From Blasia pusilla (Eukaryota), in NCBI GenBank assembly GCA_050084515.1, contig CM114271.1, forward strand, positions 18,724,001-18,788,000: a stretch of DNA of 64,000 nt, given 5' to 3'. Positions 62,969 to 64,000 of the stretch are shown piece after piece. A program made the position numbers and the translations under genes. The stretch's first letter is position 1. Every line of letters begins with the position of its first letter. The notes under the pieces are model-generated. The model was not told where the DNA came from and did not search any database. It was given only the letters and a program-made list of their open reading frames with translations.

Positions 62969-63620
62969 GAAGGAAGTCATATGGACGACGATTATATCAT
63001 ACTCGATTCTCAAGTACCAACGCAGAATGCTAAGCTGATTCCATGGACAACTTCCGAGATTCAAATTCTGATTGCAGCAAAACGAGATTAAATGGAGAGA
63101 TTAGAACTCGGTTACACTACTCAATCTACTATGGCCACCTTAAAACAAAAGTGGAAAAAAGTGGCTGACTTTTGTTTGAAGAATGGGATAAAGCAACCTA
63201 TTCGTGATGGCCAGGCGTGCAAAAAGAAATGGAGTGCTCTCATAAAAGAATTCAAACAAGTAAGTTAAGTTGGTGGTATCCAATTTTTACGATGTGATGC
63301 AAAACATGAAGTGTCTTTATTTTACAATTGACACTCATGTAAGTTTTCATTACAGGTTCATGATTGGGAGCGAAAGGCCAAAAGCGGCGAATTGTCTTAC
63401 TTTGACACTCGCATGCTGAGAAAGGACCGGAAAGCACTAGGTTTACCTTCAAACTTTGATGAAGCCTATTACAAGGGTCTAGTAGAATGGCTCCCCAAAA
63501 GACAAGACGTGGACCCGGAGAGCATGGGAGTGTCCACCTTTGATACTTCACTTCTACCTGATCTTAATGCTAACTTCAATCCTCCACCCATGAGTCCGAT
63601 AGCTTCACTCGTGCCACCAG
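62969..63620 (+). pseudogene. Myb/SANT-like (trihelix-type) DNA-binding protein with in-frame stop; exons 62969-63259 and 63356-63620, probably continuing beyond
   Basis: WTTSEIQILIAAKR...KWKKVADFC...RDGQACKKKWSALIKEFKQ|VHDWE...SYF...RKALGLPSNFD. GT-AG intron 63260-63355. TAA at 63089-63091. Confidence 0.7.
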
Positions 63621-64000
63621 GTATATCAATCTTACCAAAAGAAGAAGGATGTCACCTTGTTCATTTGTTTCTTAGTATCAATACAAGGCTACTACTAACG
63701 TATTGGTTGTTTATATAGAGGTGGAGTCATTTGAGATCCCAACCAACGAACCTTCTCCTCCATCGTCTTCTCCAAGTACATGAATATGAAACAAAGGAAG
63801 TTCTTTTCTTTGTTAATTTCACTTATTATGCACATATGCTATTACTAATTTATTTATTGTTTGTACAGATGTGGAGTCATTTCAGATCCCGTGGATGCGA
63901 AGAGATCCCAACTACTCGCGTGCGCCTTCATCGTGTGCTCATCTTTGAAGGTTCTTATAATTGTCTTTAATGATTTTTGTGACTTTTTTGGTCTTATGTG

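Overview
This is eukaryotic nuclear DNA from a plant, probably a non-seed land plant (inferred from the VIP3/SKI8 gene, an S-domain receptor kinase, an ETO1-like fragment and the TE clades present). Bases 1-36.4 kb and 41-53.5 kb form a nest of mostly degenerate transposons. Family A is a Ty3/gypsy element present in three partial copies; its polyprotein reads gag-protease-C5 DNA methyltransferase-RT-RNaseH-integrase-PHD finger. Family B is a chromodomain Ty3/gypsy, present as two near-full copies nested in A plus two solo LTRs with 5-bp TSDs. There are four hAT DNA transposons (two with both TIRs and perfect 8-bp TSDs) and CRE-like non-LTR elements with a restriction-like endonuclease. Two host genes look intact: a two-exon VIP3/SKI8 WD40 gene and an intronless G-type lectin S-receptor-like kinase. 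Three observations stand out. (1) Family A has split, circularly permuted LTRs (A...B-A-B) around a palindromic ACA-GC-TGT junction despite encoding a DDE integrase, and it has a self-priming PBS. (2) It carries an embedded DNA methyltransferase plus a PHD finger. (3) All four hAT copies carry a covarying tRNA-like structure without an anticodon arm, next to a long hairpin downstream of the transposase. All calls come from reading the sequence by eye; no database searches were run, and some frameshifts could be assembly errors.
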